Of a DNA stretch of 64,000 nt, positions 43,209 through 53,179 are shown piece by piece. The stretch comes from an uncultured Methanomicrobiales archaeon (GTDB taxonomy: Archaea; Halobacteriota; Methanomicrobia; Methanomicrobiales; Methanospirillaceae). The notes below the pieces were generated by a model. The model had not been told where the DNA came from, did no database searches, and worked only from the letters and a program-made list of their open reading frames with translations. Position numbers and translations under genes: made by a program. The stretch covers positions 320,001 to 384,000 of the forward strand of contig CAVWXH010000016.1 of the NCBI GenBank assembly GCA_963758915.1. Direction: 5' to 3'. How positions within the stretch are numbered: position 1 is the stretch's first letter; each line of letters starts with the position of its first letter.

Positions 43209-43850
43209 CTGCTGATAAATTCCCGGTATGCCTCCGGTATCTCTTTATTATCTGTTACAATCGCCTGGTTCAGTTCCTGGAGGTTTTCCACGATCTGTTC
43301 TGTATTTTTAATCTGGAGCTGGAGGCGTATTTTCAGGTCATCTGGTGGCCCTTCCTGCTCGACCTGTTTCTCAAGTTCCCGAAGGTTATCATGGACTATC
43401 TCTATCGGGTGGCGGAGCCTGTTGGCGGATTCAGTAATATAGGCAATGAGAATCCCATGGTTCGCTTCGATTACCTTCTTTGACTCGAGAAGTTCCTGCT
43501 GGTACTTATCCTTTGTTGAAGAGATAACCGCAACGATGGCCGTTACAAGGATAAACATCATGGCACGGAGGAGCGGAGGCCATGTCAGGTACTCCTAATA
43601 CCTCGTAACTGACCACGATATGCATTACCCCGAGTACAATTGCCAGGAACACTGCCCGCTCGTGATACCAGATGGCCGCAAGTACGAGGAGAATGTAAAA
43701 TACATGGGTGTAGGCCACCTCGATCCCCCAGTAGAGGTGGATTGTCTCTTCAAGGAGCAGGCAGAAGAGAACAAGCAGGACCAGCGTAAATTTTTTATTT
43801 TCCGGATCTCTAAACCAGTCGAATATACGGCTCACAGCATTAATACCCAT
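43205..43850 (-). CDS. Membrane sensor (about 4 TM) ending in a His-less HisKA-like helical domain; frameshift near 43570
   Basis: YTHVFYILLVLAAIWY TM sensor in ORF 43506-43850; ORF 43205-43561 YITESANRLRHPIEIV...LQLQIKNTEQIVENLQELNQAI...IPEAYREF. Confidence 0.7.
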
Positions 43851-44124
43851 TATAGCGTCCTCTGATCAATCAATTGGTAATACCTGCATTAAGTCCTTTG
43901 ATGCTGCTCAACGGGAAAACCGGGTGCAGGATATCAATTACTATAGATGAACGGTTCGATTGCCTTTATCAGTTAACAATCCGACAAATTTCGGTGAGGC
44001 TAATAATCGGGAAAATAATTTCTAATTACCGCTCTGCAGAAACACACATGAATGGGAATTCACACCCGTACGGTTGAAAATGCAATGTTCAAAATCTCTT
44101 CATATTGCTGGCCTTTCAGGTATT

Positions 44125-44360
44125 TTGGTAGTAGATCCTCTCAAATCTATCTTACAGACTGGTAATTCCAAAATTTCGTCACGCTCCCGGGGCTCATGGT
44201 CCATCGCTCTGGCGAACCCGGTTGGGATAGAGACTATCCCCGAATACTCTGAATTTATTGAGCCTTCGGGAAACCCTGCCCGAAGAATATCTTAATGAGG
44301 AAGGGGCAGGGAAGGGGTGAAACCACCTCCTGTCATCGTATTTCCCTCTTATTTTTTAAC
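44125..44360 (+). repeat. Copy C of ~230-bp dispersed intergenic element
   Basis: GTCACGCTCCCGGGGCTC and CCTCCTGTCATCGTATTTCCCTCTTATTTTTTAAC match the reverse complement of 58744-58985 almost exactly in these blocks. Confidence 0.8.
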
Positions 44361-44556
44361 ACACCGAAGGGTTTCAACAAAGCCCTAATTATTGATAACT
44401 ATATCAGTAGTGAGGAATTCTTGTTAGTCACGCGGATACTTCAGGGAGCACAGACCCGTGGAATAATGGTTGGGATTAAAAAAAACAGATTCCATATCTT
44501 TTTTACCGGTGCAGAAGAGAATCTGTAGGTGAATCGAGGAATAATGGCCTGTATCC

Positions 44557-45420
44557 ATGCAGCCGATATTCCTAACCGGAATGAATACTACTGCAATCGA
44601 TCAGGCACTCTATCGCAACATTGTGAAGGCGACCTGTAATGCCATCAGGCAGGCACAAATTTTTCTCCCGGCTGATGTGAAGTCCGCGATTCTTAACGCG
44701 ATGGAACGGGAGACCAGCCCCGTTGCAAAAAGTGAGCTCCGTAATATTCTTGATAATCTTTCGCGCGCTGAAGAGTTGAAACTCCCGATATGCCAGGATA
44801 CCGGGGTACCGGTGATCTATCTTACCATCCCCCCCAACGTACCCTATTGCACCGCGCTGCTTGATGCAATCCGGGATGGTGTCCGGAAGGCCACGAACGT
44901 AGTCCCGCTCCGCCCGAACTCGGTGGACCCGCTGAGCCGGGAAAATACCGGGGACAATACCGGTACCGGAATGCCCTCAATACACGTAAGCCCCGGCAGT
45001 CAGCTAACCATAACCGTGCTGCCGAAAGGGGCCGGTGCCGAGAACATGTCGCGGATAGCAATGCTCCTCCCTTCAGAAAAGGCAAGTATCCCAAAGTTTG
45101 TCACCGAAACAATGCTTATTGCAGGAGGCAGGCCCTGTCCGCCGGTTATCCTCGGTGTAGGAATCGGTGGTACATTTGACCAGGTGGCAGCACTTGCAAA
45201 AGAGGCGCTACTTCTTCCCGTTGATACCATGGACCCGTTCGAGCAGGATCTTTGTGATACCGTGAATAAACTCGGGATCGGTCCGATGGGCCTTGGTGGA
45301 GATACGACGGTAATTGCAGTAAAGGTAAAACGTGCGTCCTGTCATACGGCATCCCTTCCCGTGGCGGTAAACGTGCAGTGCTGGGCATCGCGGCGTGCAA
45401 CGGTGGTGGTGCCCCTGTGA
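44557..45420 (+). CDS. Fe-S fumarate hydratase alpha subunit (class I, two-subunit)
   Basis: PICQDTG, LRPN.VDP, KGAGAEN, GRPCPP, GIGPMGLGG, HTASLPVAVNVQCW. Confidence 0.92.
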   Translation: MQPIFLTGMNTTAIDQALYRNIVKATCNAIRQAQIFLPADVKSAILNAMERETSPVAKSELRNILDNLSRAEELKLPICQDTGVPVIYLTIPPNVPYCTALLDAIRDGVRKATNVVPLRPNSVDPLSRENTGDNTGTGMPSIHVSPGSQLTITVLPKGAGAENMSRIAMLLPSEKASIPKFVTETMLIAGGRPCPPVILGVGIGGTFDQVAALAKEALLLPVDTMDPFEQDLCDTVNKLGIGPMGLGGDTTVIAVKVKRASCHTASLPVAVNVQCWASRRATVVVPL

Positions 45421-45962
45421 GTGCCATTGAGTTACATACACCCCTGGGAGAGGAGGTCCTATCCCTTCGTGCCGGTGAGCGGGTGACCTTATCAGGTCTT
45501 GTTTATACTGCCCGTGACGAAGCCCACATGATGATGGAGGAACGCGGGATCCCGTTCAATCCCAACGGGGCGGCGATTTACCATTGCGGCCCGATAATCA
45601 TCGACGGGATGGTTATTGCTGCAGGGCCGACCACCTCGGCACGGATGAACAACCTTTCGGGTTTCCTGCTGGACAACGGTGTCCGGGCATTGATCGGAAA
45701 GGGGGGTATGGGCGAAACAGTTCGTGAACAACTCAGGGGAAGGGGTGTTTACCTGGCATTTACGGGCGGTTGCGCAGCCCTGGCCGCATCAAGCATGAAA
45801 TACCGGGGTATCTATTACGAAGAGCTTGGCATGGCAGAAGCAGTATGGGAGCTTGAATTTTACAAGGTCCCACTGGTGGTTGGTATCGATTCGGAGGGTA
45901 ACGATATCTTTTACGATGTGAGCTGCAAAGCAAAACTACAATTCAGTTCGCTATTCAAATAA
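45417..45962 (+). CDS. Fe-S fumarate hydratase beta subunit
   Basis: TARDEAH, YHCGP, AGPTTSARM, IGKGGM, LGMAEAVW; GTG start overlapping the alpha stop. Confidence 0.92.
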   Translation: MSAIELHTPLGEEVLSLRAGERVTLSGLVYTARDEAHMMMEERGIPFNPNGAAIYHCGPIIIDGMVIAAGPTTSARMNNLSGFLLDNGVRALIGKGGMGETVREQLRGRGVYLAFTGGCAALAASSMKYRGIYYEELGMAEAVWELEFYKVPLVVGIDSEGNDIFYDVSCKAKLQFSSLFK

Positions 45963-46004
45963 TCTAAGGATACAAAAAGATGTACAGGATAAAAGGACAC
46001 CCAT

Positions 46005-46277
46005 ATGAAGATCGAGATTGATGAGTCCCGCTGTAAGGGCTGTAACCTCTGCATCGCTGGATGCCCGTACAGGATATTCCAGGCAGGCACAAAACCAAAC
46101 CGGAAAGGGATCCTGGTCCCCCTGCTCGACCGGCCTGAACGCTGTACGAACTGCAGGCTCCGGCACCTGTACGGCAGGGTGCTGTGCGGGGTCTGCCTTA
46201 TGACATGCCCCGACCAGGCAATCCGGTTCCGGGAAGAAAAACCAGGCGAGACCGTTAAGGTGGCGATTGAATATTGA
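46005..46277 (+). CDS. korD: 2-oxoglutarate:ferredoxin oxidoreductase delta subunit (2x4Fe-4S ferredoxin)
   Basis: CKGCNLCIAGCP and CTNC...CGVCLMTCPDQAI; position in the kor operon. Confidence 0.8.
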   Translation: MKIEIDESRCKGCNLCIAGCPYRIFQAGTKPNRKGILVPLLDRPERCTNCRLRHLYGRVLCGVCLMTCPDQAIRFREEKPGETVKVAIEY

Positions 46278-47374
46278 GTAAAACTGAGTTCATGCAGGGA
46301 AATATAGCCTGTGCTGAGGGTGCCCTCGCTGCCGGGTGCAATTTCTTCGGAGGGTACCCGATTACACCTTCTACCGAAGTTGCGGAGCATATGGCCATAA
46401 AACTCCCGAAAAAAAACGGGACCTTCATCCAGATGGAGGATGAGATCGCATCCATGGCCTCGATAATCGGGGCATCGTGGACAGGTGCACGGGCGATGAC
46501 TGCAACGAGCGGCCCGGGTTTTTCGCTCATGATGGAAAACATAGGCTTCGCAGTAATGACCGAAACCCCCTGTGTCGTGGTAAATATTCAGCGGGGTGGT
46601 CCGAGTACCGGACAGCCTACCATGGCCGCAGCAGGCGACATGATGCAGTGCCGTTTCGGGTCACATGGTGACTATAGTGCAATCGCCCTCTGCCCATCCA
46701 GCGTACAGGAGATGTACAAACTCACGGTGAAGGCCTTTAACCTGGCGGACAGGTTCAGGGTGCCAGTATTCCTGATGGCTGACGAAATAATCGGGCATAT
46801 GCGTGAACGGATCATCATCCCGGACAATGTCGAACGCACACCCAGGAGACCTCTGGCACCGGGGGTCCTTCCGTTCCACCCGGAAGATGACCTCGTACCA
46901 GGGTTTCCCGAGTTTGGAAAAGGGTTTGGAGTTCATGTTACAGGACTTACCCACGATGAGCGTGGTTACCCGTGTGCCACAAACCCTAAACTCCATGAAC
47001 AACTTGTTATGCGGCTTTGTAATAAGATTGAGGAGGCCAGGAAGGAGATTGCCGACTATATTGTTACGAACCCTGAGGCAGAAACAGTTTTTGTCACGTA
47101 TGGTTCTCCTGCACGCTCTGTGGAACAGGTCCTCCACGATACTCCGGGTAAAAAAATCGGGCACCTACGCCTGAAGATGGTATGGCCATTTCCAGAGCAT
47201 GCAATAGCCGAGTTCCCGGATGCGACGCGTTTCATTATTCCGGAACTGAACCTTGGTCAAATCGCACGTGAATTTGACCGCCATACAAAGGTCCCTGTAA
47301 TCCAGGTACCAAAACTAGGTGGAGACCTTCACATGCCCGCAGAACTGAAAAAACTTGCCGGGGTGGGTGAATGA
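46274..47374 (+). CDS. korA: 2-oxoglutarate:ferredoxin oxidoreductase alpha subunit
   Basis: GYPITPSTE, QMEDEIAS, TATSGPGFSLM, QRGGPSTG. Confidence 0.9.
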   Translation: MSKTEFMQGNIACAEGALAAGCNFFGGYPITPSTEVAEHMAIKLPKKNGTFIQMEDEIASMASIIGASWTGARAMTATSGPGFSLMMENIGFAVMTETPCVVVNIQRGGPSTGQPTMAAAGDMMQCRFGSHGDYSAIALCPSSVQEMYKLTVKAFNLADRFRVPVFLMADEIIGHMRERIIIPDNVERTPRRPLAPGVLPFHPEDDLVPGFPEFGKGFGVHVTGLTHDERGYPCATNPKLHEQLVMRLCNKIEEARKEIADYIVTNPEAETVFVTYGSPARSVEQVLHDTPGKKIGHLRLKMVWPFPEHAIAEFPDATRFIIPELNLGQIAREFDRHTKVPVIQVPKLGGDLHMPAELKKLAGVGE

Positions 47375-48159
47375 GTTACGAGGACTGGTTCAGGCAGGAC
47401 CGCCTGCCACACATCTACTGTGCAGGATGCGGGAACGGGACAATCATAAACTGTACGCTTGAAGCAATTGATGAAATGGGCTGGAAAAAGGATGAGACCA
47501 TCTTCGTTTCGGGTATCGGCTGTTCATCAAGGGCCCCCGGCTATATTGTCACCGATTCTCTCCACACCACTCATGGCAGGGCTCTCCCGTTCGCAACAGG
47601 GGTGAAAATGGCAAGACCTGGATTCCATGTCGTTGTATTTACCGGTGACGGGGACCTTGCGGCAATCGGCGGCAACCACTTTATCCATGCATGCCGGAGA
47701 AATATCGATATCACGGTTGTCTGTATGAATAACCAGATTTATGGAATGACCGGGGGCCAGGGGAGCCCAACTACACCTATGGGTGCCCTCTCTACCACCA
47801 CCCCGTTTGGATCGGCCGAACCTGCCTTCGACCTCTGTGAACTTGCCATCGCTGCAGGTGCGAATTACGTGGCCCGCTGGACATCTTACCATGTAAAGGA
47901 ACTGACAAAAGCAGTAAAGGTGGGAATGGAAACACCAGGGCTGTCTTTTATAGAAGCAATGGTCCAGTGCCCGACAAATTACGGCAGGAGAAACAAGTTC
48001 AAACAGGTACTCGACCAGGTCGATTACATCAGGTCGCATTCGATGCTCAGGCCGAAATATCTCCAGCATCTGGAAAGGGGTGAACCAATCCCGGATGCTA
48101 CAATCGTTGTTGGGGAATTCATTAAACGGGATCGTCCGGCAATGGGGGTACCACGATGA
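47371..48159 (+). CDS. korB: 2-oxoglutarate:ferredoxin oxidoreductase beta subunit
   Basis: CAGCGNG, SGIGCS, HTTHGR, GDGD, NN.IYGMTGGQ. Confidence 0.9.
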   Translation: MSYEDWFRQDRLPHIYCAGCGNGTIINCTLEAIDEMGWKKDETIFVSGIGCSSRAPGYIVTDSLHTTHGRALPFATGVKMARPGFHVVVFTGDGDLAAIGGNHFIHACRRNIDITVVCMNNQIYGMTGGQGSPTTPMGALSTTTPFGSAEPAFDLCELAIAAGANYVARWTSYHVKELTKAVKVGMETPGLSFIEAMVQCPTNYGRRNKFKQVLDQVDYIRSHSMLRPKYLQHLERGEPIPDATIVVGEFIKRDRPAMGVPR

Positions 48160-48698
48160 GACATGAAGTACGGTTTTCAGGGTTCGGCGGCCAGGGAATA
48201 ATCCTCTCTGCCGTTATTATCGGTCGTGCAGCCGTGATGTACGATAATAAGTTTGCAGTCCAGACCCAGGTATACGGGCCCGAAGCCCGGGGAGGTGCAT
48301 CAATGAGCGCCGTAATTATCGACGACGAGCCAATCCTTTTTCCAAAGGTCACTGTGCCGGATATCTACGTGATTATGTCACAGGAGGGGTTCGAAAAATA
48401 TGGAGCTTCAGCCCCGGAGGGAGCGGTAATGATCATCGATTCCACGCTGGTCCATTCAAGACCGGCCTGTACCTGCATTGAGGTGCCGGCTACGAAAGAG
48501 GCCAGGGAAAAACTGGGCCGTGATATTGTCGCCAATATCGTAATGCTCGGTGCATTGGTGGCCGCGACGAAACTGGTATCTGAAACTGCCATTGAGCGGG
48601 CAATCCTGGACAGCGTTCCGAAAGGGACTGAAAAACTGAACCAGAGCGCCATGACACGTGGATTTGAACTTATTAAGGAGAGAGGAACGACATCATGA
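48156..48698 (+). CDS. korC: 2-oxoglutarate:ferredoxin oxidoreductase gamma subunit
   Basis: SGFGGQGII, YGPEARGG, NIVMLGAL. Confidence 0.9.
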   Translation: MRHEVRFSGFGGQGIILSAVIIGRAAVMYDNKFAVQTQVYGPEARGGASMSAVIIDDEPILFPKVTVPDIYVIMSQEGFEKYGASAPEGAVMIIDSTLVHSRPACTCIEVPATKEAREKLGRDIVANIVMLGALVAATKLVSETAIERAILDSVPKGTEKLNQSAMTRGFELIKERGTTS

Positions 48699-49780
48699 AG
48701 ATACTCGAGTATGAAGCAAAGAAGGTGCTCGAAGAATCGGGCATCAGAATTCCCCGGAGCGTTCTCATCAGGTCACCGGATGAGATTGCAGCGCACCTCG
48801 CGGCAATGCCTGATAACCTTGTCCTGAAAGCACAGGTGGATGTCGGGGGTAGAGGAAAAGCCGGTGGGATCCTGATGTCGGATAAGGCACATGCAATGAT
48901 TACCGCAAAGGACCTGTTTTCCCGGAAGATTAAGCATATCCAGGTCAAAGAAGTGCTGGTCGAAGAACGGCTCGATATCATGCATGAGTATTATCTCTCT
49001 ATTGCGATCGACAGGTCAACAAAGCATGCACTCATCCTCTTTGCGGATGCAGGAGGGGTGGAGATTGAAACGGTCGCAAAAGAAAACCCTGGTGCAGTCC
49101 GGAGGGCGTCCCTTCCCCTTATCATGCATGATGTCCCGCAGTTTATGGCACGGGACCTCATTGGTACAGCCCCGAAGGAACTGGGCCCGGTTATTAACCA
49201 GTTATACCATGTTTTCCAGAAGAAAGATGCATTGCTTGCAGAAATCAACCCACTCGTCACAACGCCAAAAGGGGTAGTGGCTGCAGATGCAAAGCTGATT
49301 GTCGATGATAATGCCCTTAAACGACAGGGTATCACGGTAAATCGTGACCTGAGTGAACGGGAACGCGAGGCGGAACGGTTTGGATTTTCTTATGTCGAAC
49401 TTGATGGCACGATTGGTGTCATCGGGAACGGTGCCGGGCTTACGATGTCAACCCTCGACCTGATTGAATATTATGGCGGCCGGGCAGCCAACTTCCTCGA
49501 TGTAGGGGGAGGGGCTGAACAGGAGCGTGTTATGAATGCCGTCCGGCTGGTTGCAAGTGTACCGTCAGTGAAGGCAATTGTCGTGAACCTTCTGGGTGGT
49601 ATTACACGGTGTGACGAAGTTGCAAAAGGGATCATTAGTGCAGGGGTAACACAGCCCGTAATTGTCAGGCTTGCAGGGACAAACGAGGTGGAAGGCAGGG
49701 TACTCCTTGCAGAAAAAGGGTACCAGATGCCGGATACGATGGAGCAGGTAGTCAAAGCAGCAGTGGAGATGACACGATGA
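48695..49780 (+). CDS. sucC: Succinyl-CoA synthetase beta subunit
   Basis: KAQV..GGRGKAGGI, EINPL, GNGAGL.MSTLD, ANFLDVGGG, GITRCD. Confidence 0.95.
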   Translation: MKILEYEAKKVLEESGIRIPRSVLIRSPDEIAAHLAAMPDNLVLKAQVDVGGRGKAGGILMSDKAHAMITAKDLFSRKIKHIQVKEVLVEERLDIMHEYYLSIAIDRSTKHALILFADAGGVEIETVAKENPGAVRRASLPLIMHDVPQFMARDLIGTAPKELGPVINQLYHVFQKKDALLAEINPLVTTPKGVVAADAKLIVDDNALKRQGITVNRDLSEREREAERFGFSYVELDGTIGVIGNGAGLTMSTLDLIEYYGGRAANFLDVGGGAEQERVMNAVRLVASVPSVKAIVVNLLGGITRCDEVAKGIISAGVTQPVIVRLAGTNEVEGRVLLAEKGYQMPDTMEQVVKAAVEMTR

Positions 49781-50643
49781 TTTATGGGGATAAAAAAACA
49801 GGTGTGATCGTCACCGGTGCTACCGGTAACCAGGGGGCGTTTCATATTGCCCTGATGAACGAGTATGCAAAGAGTGTTGGCGGAAAGGGCGTAGTTGCTG
49901 GTGTGACACCCGGTAAGGCCGGGCAGGAAGTTCATGGAGTCCCGGTATACAACAGCATTCGAGATGCGATGAAAGAGCATGATGCCGGTGCAAGCGTCCT
50001 TTTTGTGCCTGCGTTCGCAGCAGGGGACTCAATCATGGAGTCCGCGAGCGCCGGTCTTTCGCTTGTGGTCGCCATTACCGAGCATATACCTGTCCATGAC
50101 ACCATGAAAGCCATATCCTATGCCAAAATGAATGATTGTGATGTTATCGGGCCGAATTGCCCGGGACTGCTGTCACCCGGGGAGATAAAAATGGGTATTA
50201 TGCCTGCACAGTTATTCAGACGAGGTCACATCGGCGTGATTTCGCGAAGTGGTACCCTTACCTACGAAATCGTTGATGAACTTACCCGTGCGGGGCTTGG
50301 CCAGAGTACCGTTGTCGGGATTGGAGGGGACCCTGTTATCGGGCAGACATTTACCGATGTCCTTGCCAGGTTTTCTGAGGACCGGGAGACAAAAGCGGTC
50401 GTTATCATCGGGGAAGTAGGTGGGGCTCTAGAAGAGGAAGGTGCAAAGTCAGCCGAAATCCCGGTTGTTGCATACATTGCAGGTATATCCGCGCCCCCTG
50501 AAAAGCGGATGGGGCATGCAGGCGCCATCATCGAAGGCGGTGAAGGGGATGCCCGGTCAAAAATAGAGCGACTGAAGGCGATGGGGGTCCCGGTAGCGTC
50601 ACGGCCGTCAGAAGTGCCACGCCTTATCCACAACATGATTTAA
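49777..50643 (+). CDS. sucD: Succinyl-CoA synthetase alpha subunit
   Basis: GVTPGK.G, IGPNCPG, SRSGTLTYE, GIGGD, MGHAGAI. Confidence 0.95.
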   Translation: MIYGDKKTGVIVTGATGNQGAFHIALMNEYAKSVGGKGVVAGVTPGKAGQEVHGVPVYNSIRDAMKEHDAGASVLFVPAFAAGDSIMESASAGLSLVVAITEHIPVHDTMKAISYAKMNDCDVIGPNCPGLLSPGEIKMGIMPAQLFRRGHIGVISRSGTLTYEIVDELTRAGLGQSTVVGIGGDPVIGQTFTDVLARFSEDRETKAVVIIGEVGGALEEEGAKSAEIPVVAYIAGISAPPEKRMGHAGAIIEGGEGDARSKIERLKAMGVPVASRPSEVPRLIHNMI

Positions 50644-50815
50644 TTTTTCAGCCGGGTATGAGATGTATGGGATTTGGGTTGTGATATCCGGTAATACCCC
50701 ATATGCTATGATTGGAAAATTAAAATAAAGAGACGGGTACACGTATCATTACGTAACCGGTGTTGATTAGGAGATGGGAAATCATGGGAAATATGAGCAA
50801 TAAGAAGGGGATAAA

Positions 50816-51553
50816 TTGAATCCGGCAGATCAGAGTGATTCTGGTACCGGACCAGGGCAGTACCTGGTTCCTGGTGAGACCGTTCTCCGGTATTCCAGCT
50901 CTGTTGGCATTAAAAAATTTATCTTTAACGCGTATATTACTGACAGGCGGATTTTTCTGGTTGACCAGAACGAGAAAAAACCTGGTTTTATCTCCAAGGA
51001 GATCCCGCGGGATGTTGTAATGGGGAGCCACCTCGAGTCTCCAGGGTCCCCGCACCCGTTCCTTGTACTCACCATAAGGACATCAGAAGACGAGACCAGG
51101 ACGATGAAAATCGCATTCGTCCAGGAAGGCAATGACCGGACGGCTGAGATCGAGGAATGGATTAGCGTCCTTCATGGCAGGACGATACGGCCAGGGAAAT
51201 CCAACATACTTCACCGGGACACACCGGTAACGGTACATAAGGCGGACCCGCACAGGACAAAATTTCACGAAAAACAGGTCACACGGCAAGATGCGCATCA
51301 TGAAGCAATTGTTTCCGGGACCCCGCACCACCGTGACACGGGGAAAGCCCGTCAGGAAGATCCGGATAAGTTCCCCGTGGCCAGACCTGTCCTCATTGAA
51401 GATGAGCGACCTGTCACAGGCCAGAATATCGGACCTGTTCCGGATGTTGTGGAGATTGCATTCTGCCACCATTGTGGGAAAAGGGCACCCAGAAGTGCAA
51501 ATTTTTGTCCGTTTTGCGGTACCAAACTTCACCGGACAGGCCATTCCACCTGA
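50816..51553 (+). CDS. PH-like domain plus C-terminal zinc-ribbon protein
   Basis: AYITDRRIFLVD (bacterial PH-like); CHHCG.....ANFCPFCG. Confidence 0.7.
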   Translation: MNPADQSDSGTGPGQYLVPGETVLRYSSSVGIKKFIFNAYITDRRIFLVDQNEKKPGFISKEIPRDVVMGSHLESPGSPHPFLVLTIRTSEDETRTMKIAFVQEGNDRTAEIEEWISVLHGRTIRPGKSNILHRDTPVTVHKADPHRTKFHEKQVTRQDAHHEAIVSGTPHHRDTGKARQEDPDKFPVARPVLIEDERPVTGQNIGPVPDVVEIAFCHHCGKRAPRSANFCPFCGTKLHRTGHST

Positions 51554-51875
51554 GCTGGGCCCAGGTCTCCCCGGATACCTGCCGGAATGACGTTTCAGTT
51601 TAGTACCGGGTATCTGAATACGTGATCCTATCTCTCCGGGTCATGTTCCCATTATCCTGAATGTGCTGTTTTTTAAGAAACGCAGACAAGCTCCGGGGTG
51701 AGTACCTGTTGTCTGAACAACATCAGGAGAGAACACACGGGGTACCATTGACTCATTGGGATGGTTGTTTACCCCGTTTGAAGAATAAAGCCAAAAAAAG
51801 CCAATGCGGGTACCGGTTTATCCGTGTATTATTCCCTGTCTATTCCTGTCCCGGCAAGGCCGAAACAGTTTCTAT

Positions 51876-52940
51876 TCACCCTGCCCTTTTCCGGGATATA
51901 ACCATCCTGACCCATGTATCCTTATGGTAATGGTCCCTTATATCCCGTTCATCAACTATCACGAGGCCGTTTTCCAATAATGCATGTCTGTATTCAGGAG
52001 TCATGAACTCCTTTTCCTTGGTGAATCCACCATGTAGTTTGTTGACCCCCTGAAAAGTCCAGAGTTTGTATTCAAGGGACTGGAGTGGGTCATGAGGGAG
52101 ACCTCCCGGCGACTGCAGGTTTACAAAATAACCCCCCTCGTTCAGGGCTCCGCTGATTTTATCCAGTAGTTCAATGGATTTTCCACTCGGGTTTGATGAT
52201 GAAATAATCAGGTCGTACCCTTCCCCAAATGAGTCTGCAAAGAAATCTCCAGGTAGCAGGTGCACGTTCTCAGCGTTGTACTGTTCAAGGTAATGACCTG
52301 CCAGGGTAACGACGTGGGGTAAATCAAATACCCACGCCTCAATATCAGGACGCTGCATGCCTAGTGCGATCGCGTAGAGACCATGTCCCCCACCAAGGTC
52401 AAGTACACGCCGGACATTTTCAAAACCAGGCAGACTAATAACAGCCAGGATTACCGCCTGTAACCTTCCTGATAACGCATTTTCAGCCATGGCAGGAAGA
52501 GAGTACTCGCGAAAAAAATCCTCTTTGTCATACTGCACCGGCCCGTTGTGGACAATAAGGGCAAGCGGAGCCCACAGGTCCTGTCCCATCCGGGCAAGCT
52601 GCCTGATATAATGAACCTGCGAATAAGGGGAACCGGTTCTCAGGTATGTTGATGCCAGGGTTGTATCAGAATAGGTACCTTGTTCCCGGGTCAGGAGGCC
52701 TTCCATCACCAGGGCTTCGCATATCAGGCCACACATTTCCACATCCGAAGCAATACGGGACGCCAGTTCCTGCACCGTTACCGGAGTGGTACACACGTCA
52801 AAGATTCCCAGCTCGACCGCGGCACTGATAAGCGAAAACTGACGCATGCCCCGTATCGCAGCATCTAATTTTTCAAACAATAGTCCGGGATCTTCGGGGG
52901 GTTCCATGATAAAGAATGAGAATGCTAGCTTTTCGCTCAT
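51876..52940 (-). CDS. O-methyltransferase (dimerisation HTH plus Methyltransf_2-like domain)
   Basis: AAVELGIFD, VLDLGGGHGLY, VFDLP, GDFF. Confidence 0.85.
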   Translation of the reverse strand: MSEKLAFSFFIMEPPEDPGLLFEKLDAAIRGMRQFSLISAAVELGIFDVCTTPVTVQELASRIASDVEMCGLICEALVMEGLLTREQGTYSDTTLASTYLRTGSPYSQVHYIRQLARMGQDLWAPLALIVHNGPVQYDKEDFFREYSLPAMAENALSGRLQAVILAVISLPGFENVRRVLDLGGGHGLYAIALGMQRPDIEAWVFDLPHVVTLAGHYLEQYNAENVHLLPGDFFADSFGEGYDLIISSSNPSGKSIELLDKISGALNEGGYFVNLQSPGGLPHDPLQSLEYKLWTFQGVNKLHGGFTKEKEFMTPEYRHALLENGLVIVDERDIRDHYHKDTWVRMVISRKRAG

Positions 52941-53179
52941 GCAGTACCTCCTGGAAGGTGATTTGCACCTGATTGGTTTAAAGTATCCCTTATCAGGTGA
53001 CAGGGAATTGACAAGGTTCCTTCATTTCTGCATCAGTTAATCTCCCCTTGTTATTCCCCTGCTGTATAGGTCGCTATTCACGCATTCATGGAGAAACCAC
53101 ACGTATTACTGGTAATGATTATACACCAGCGTCCCGGGTTAACTACCAACCTATAATATACTCGGATTGAGAAGTTTTA

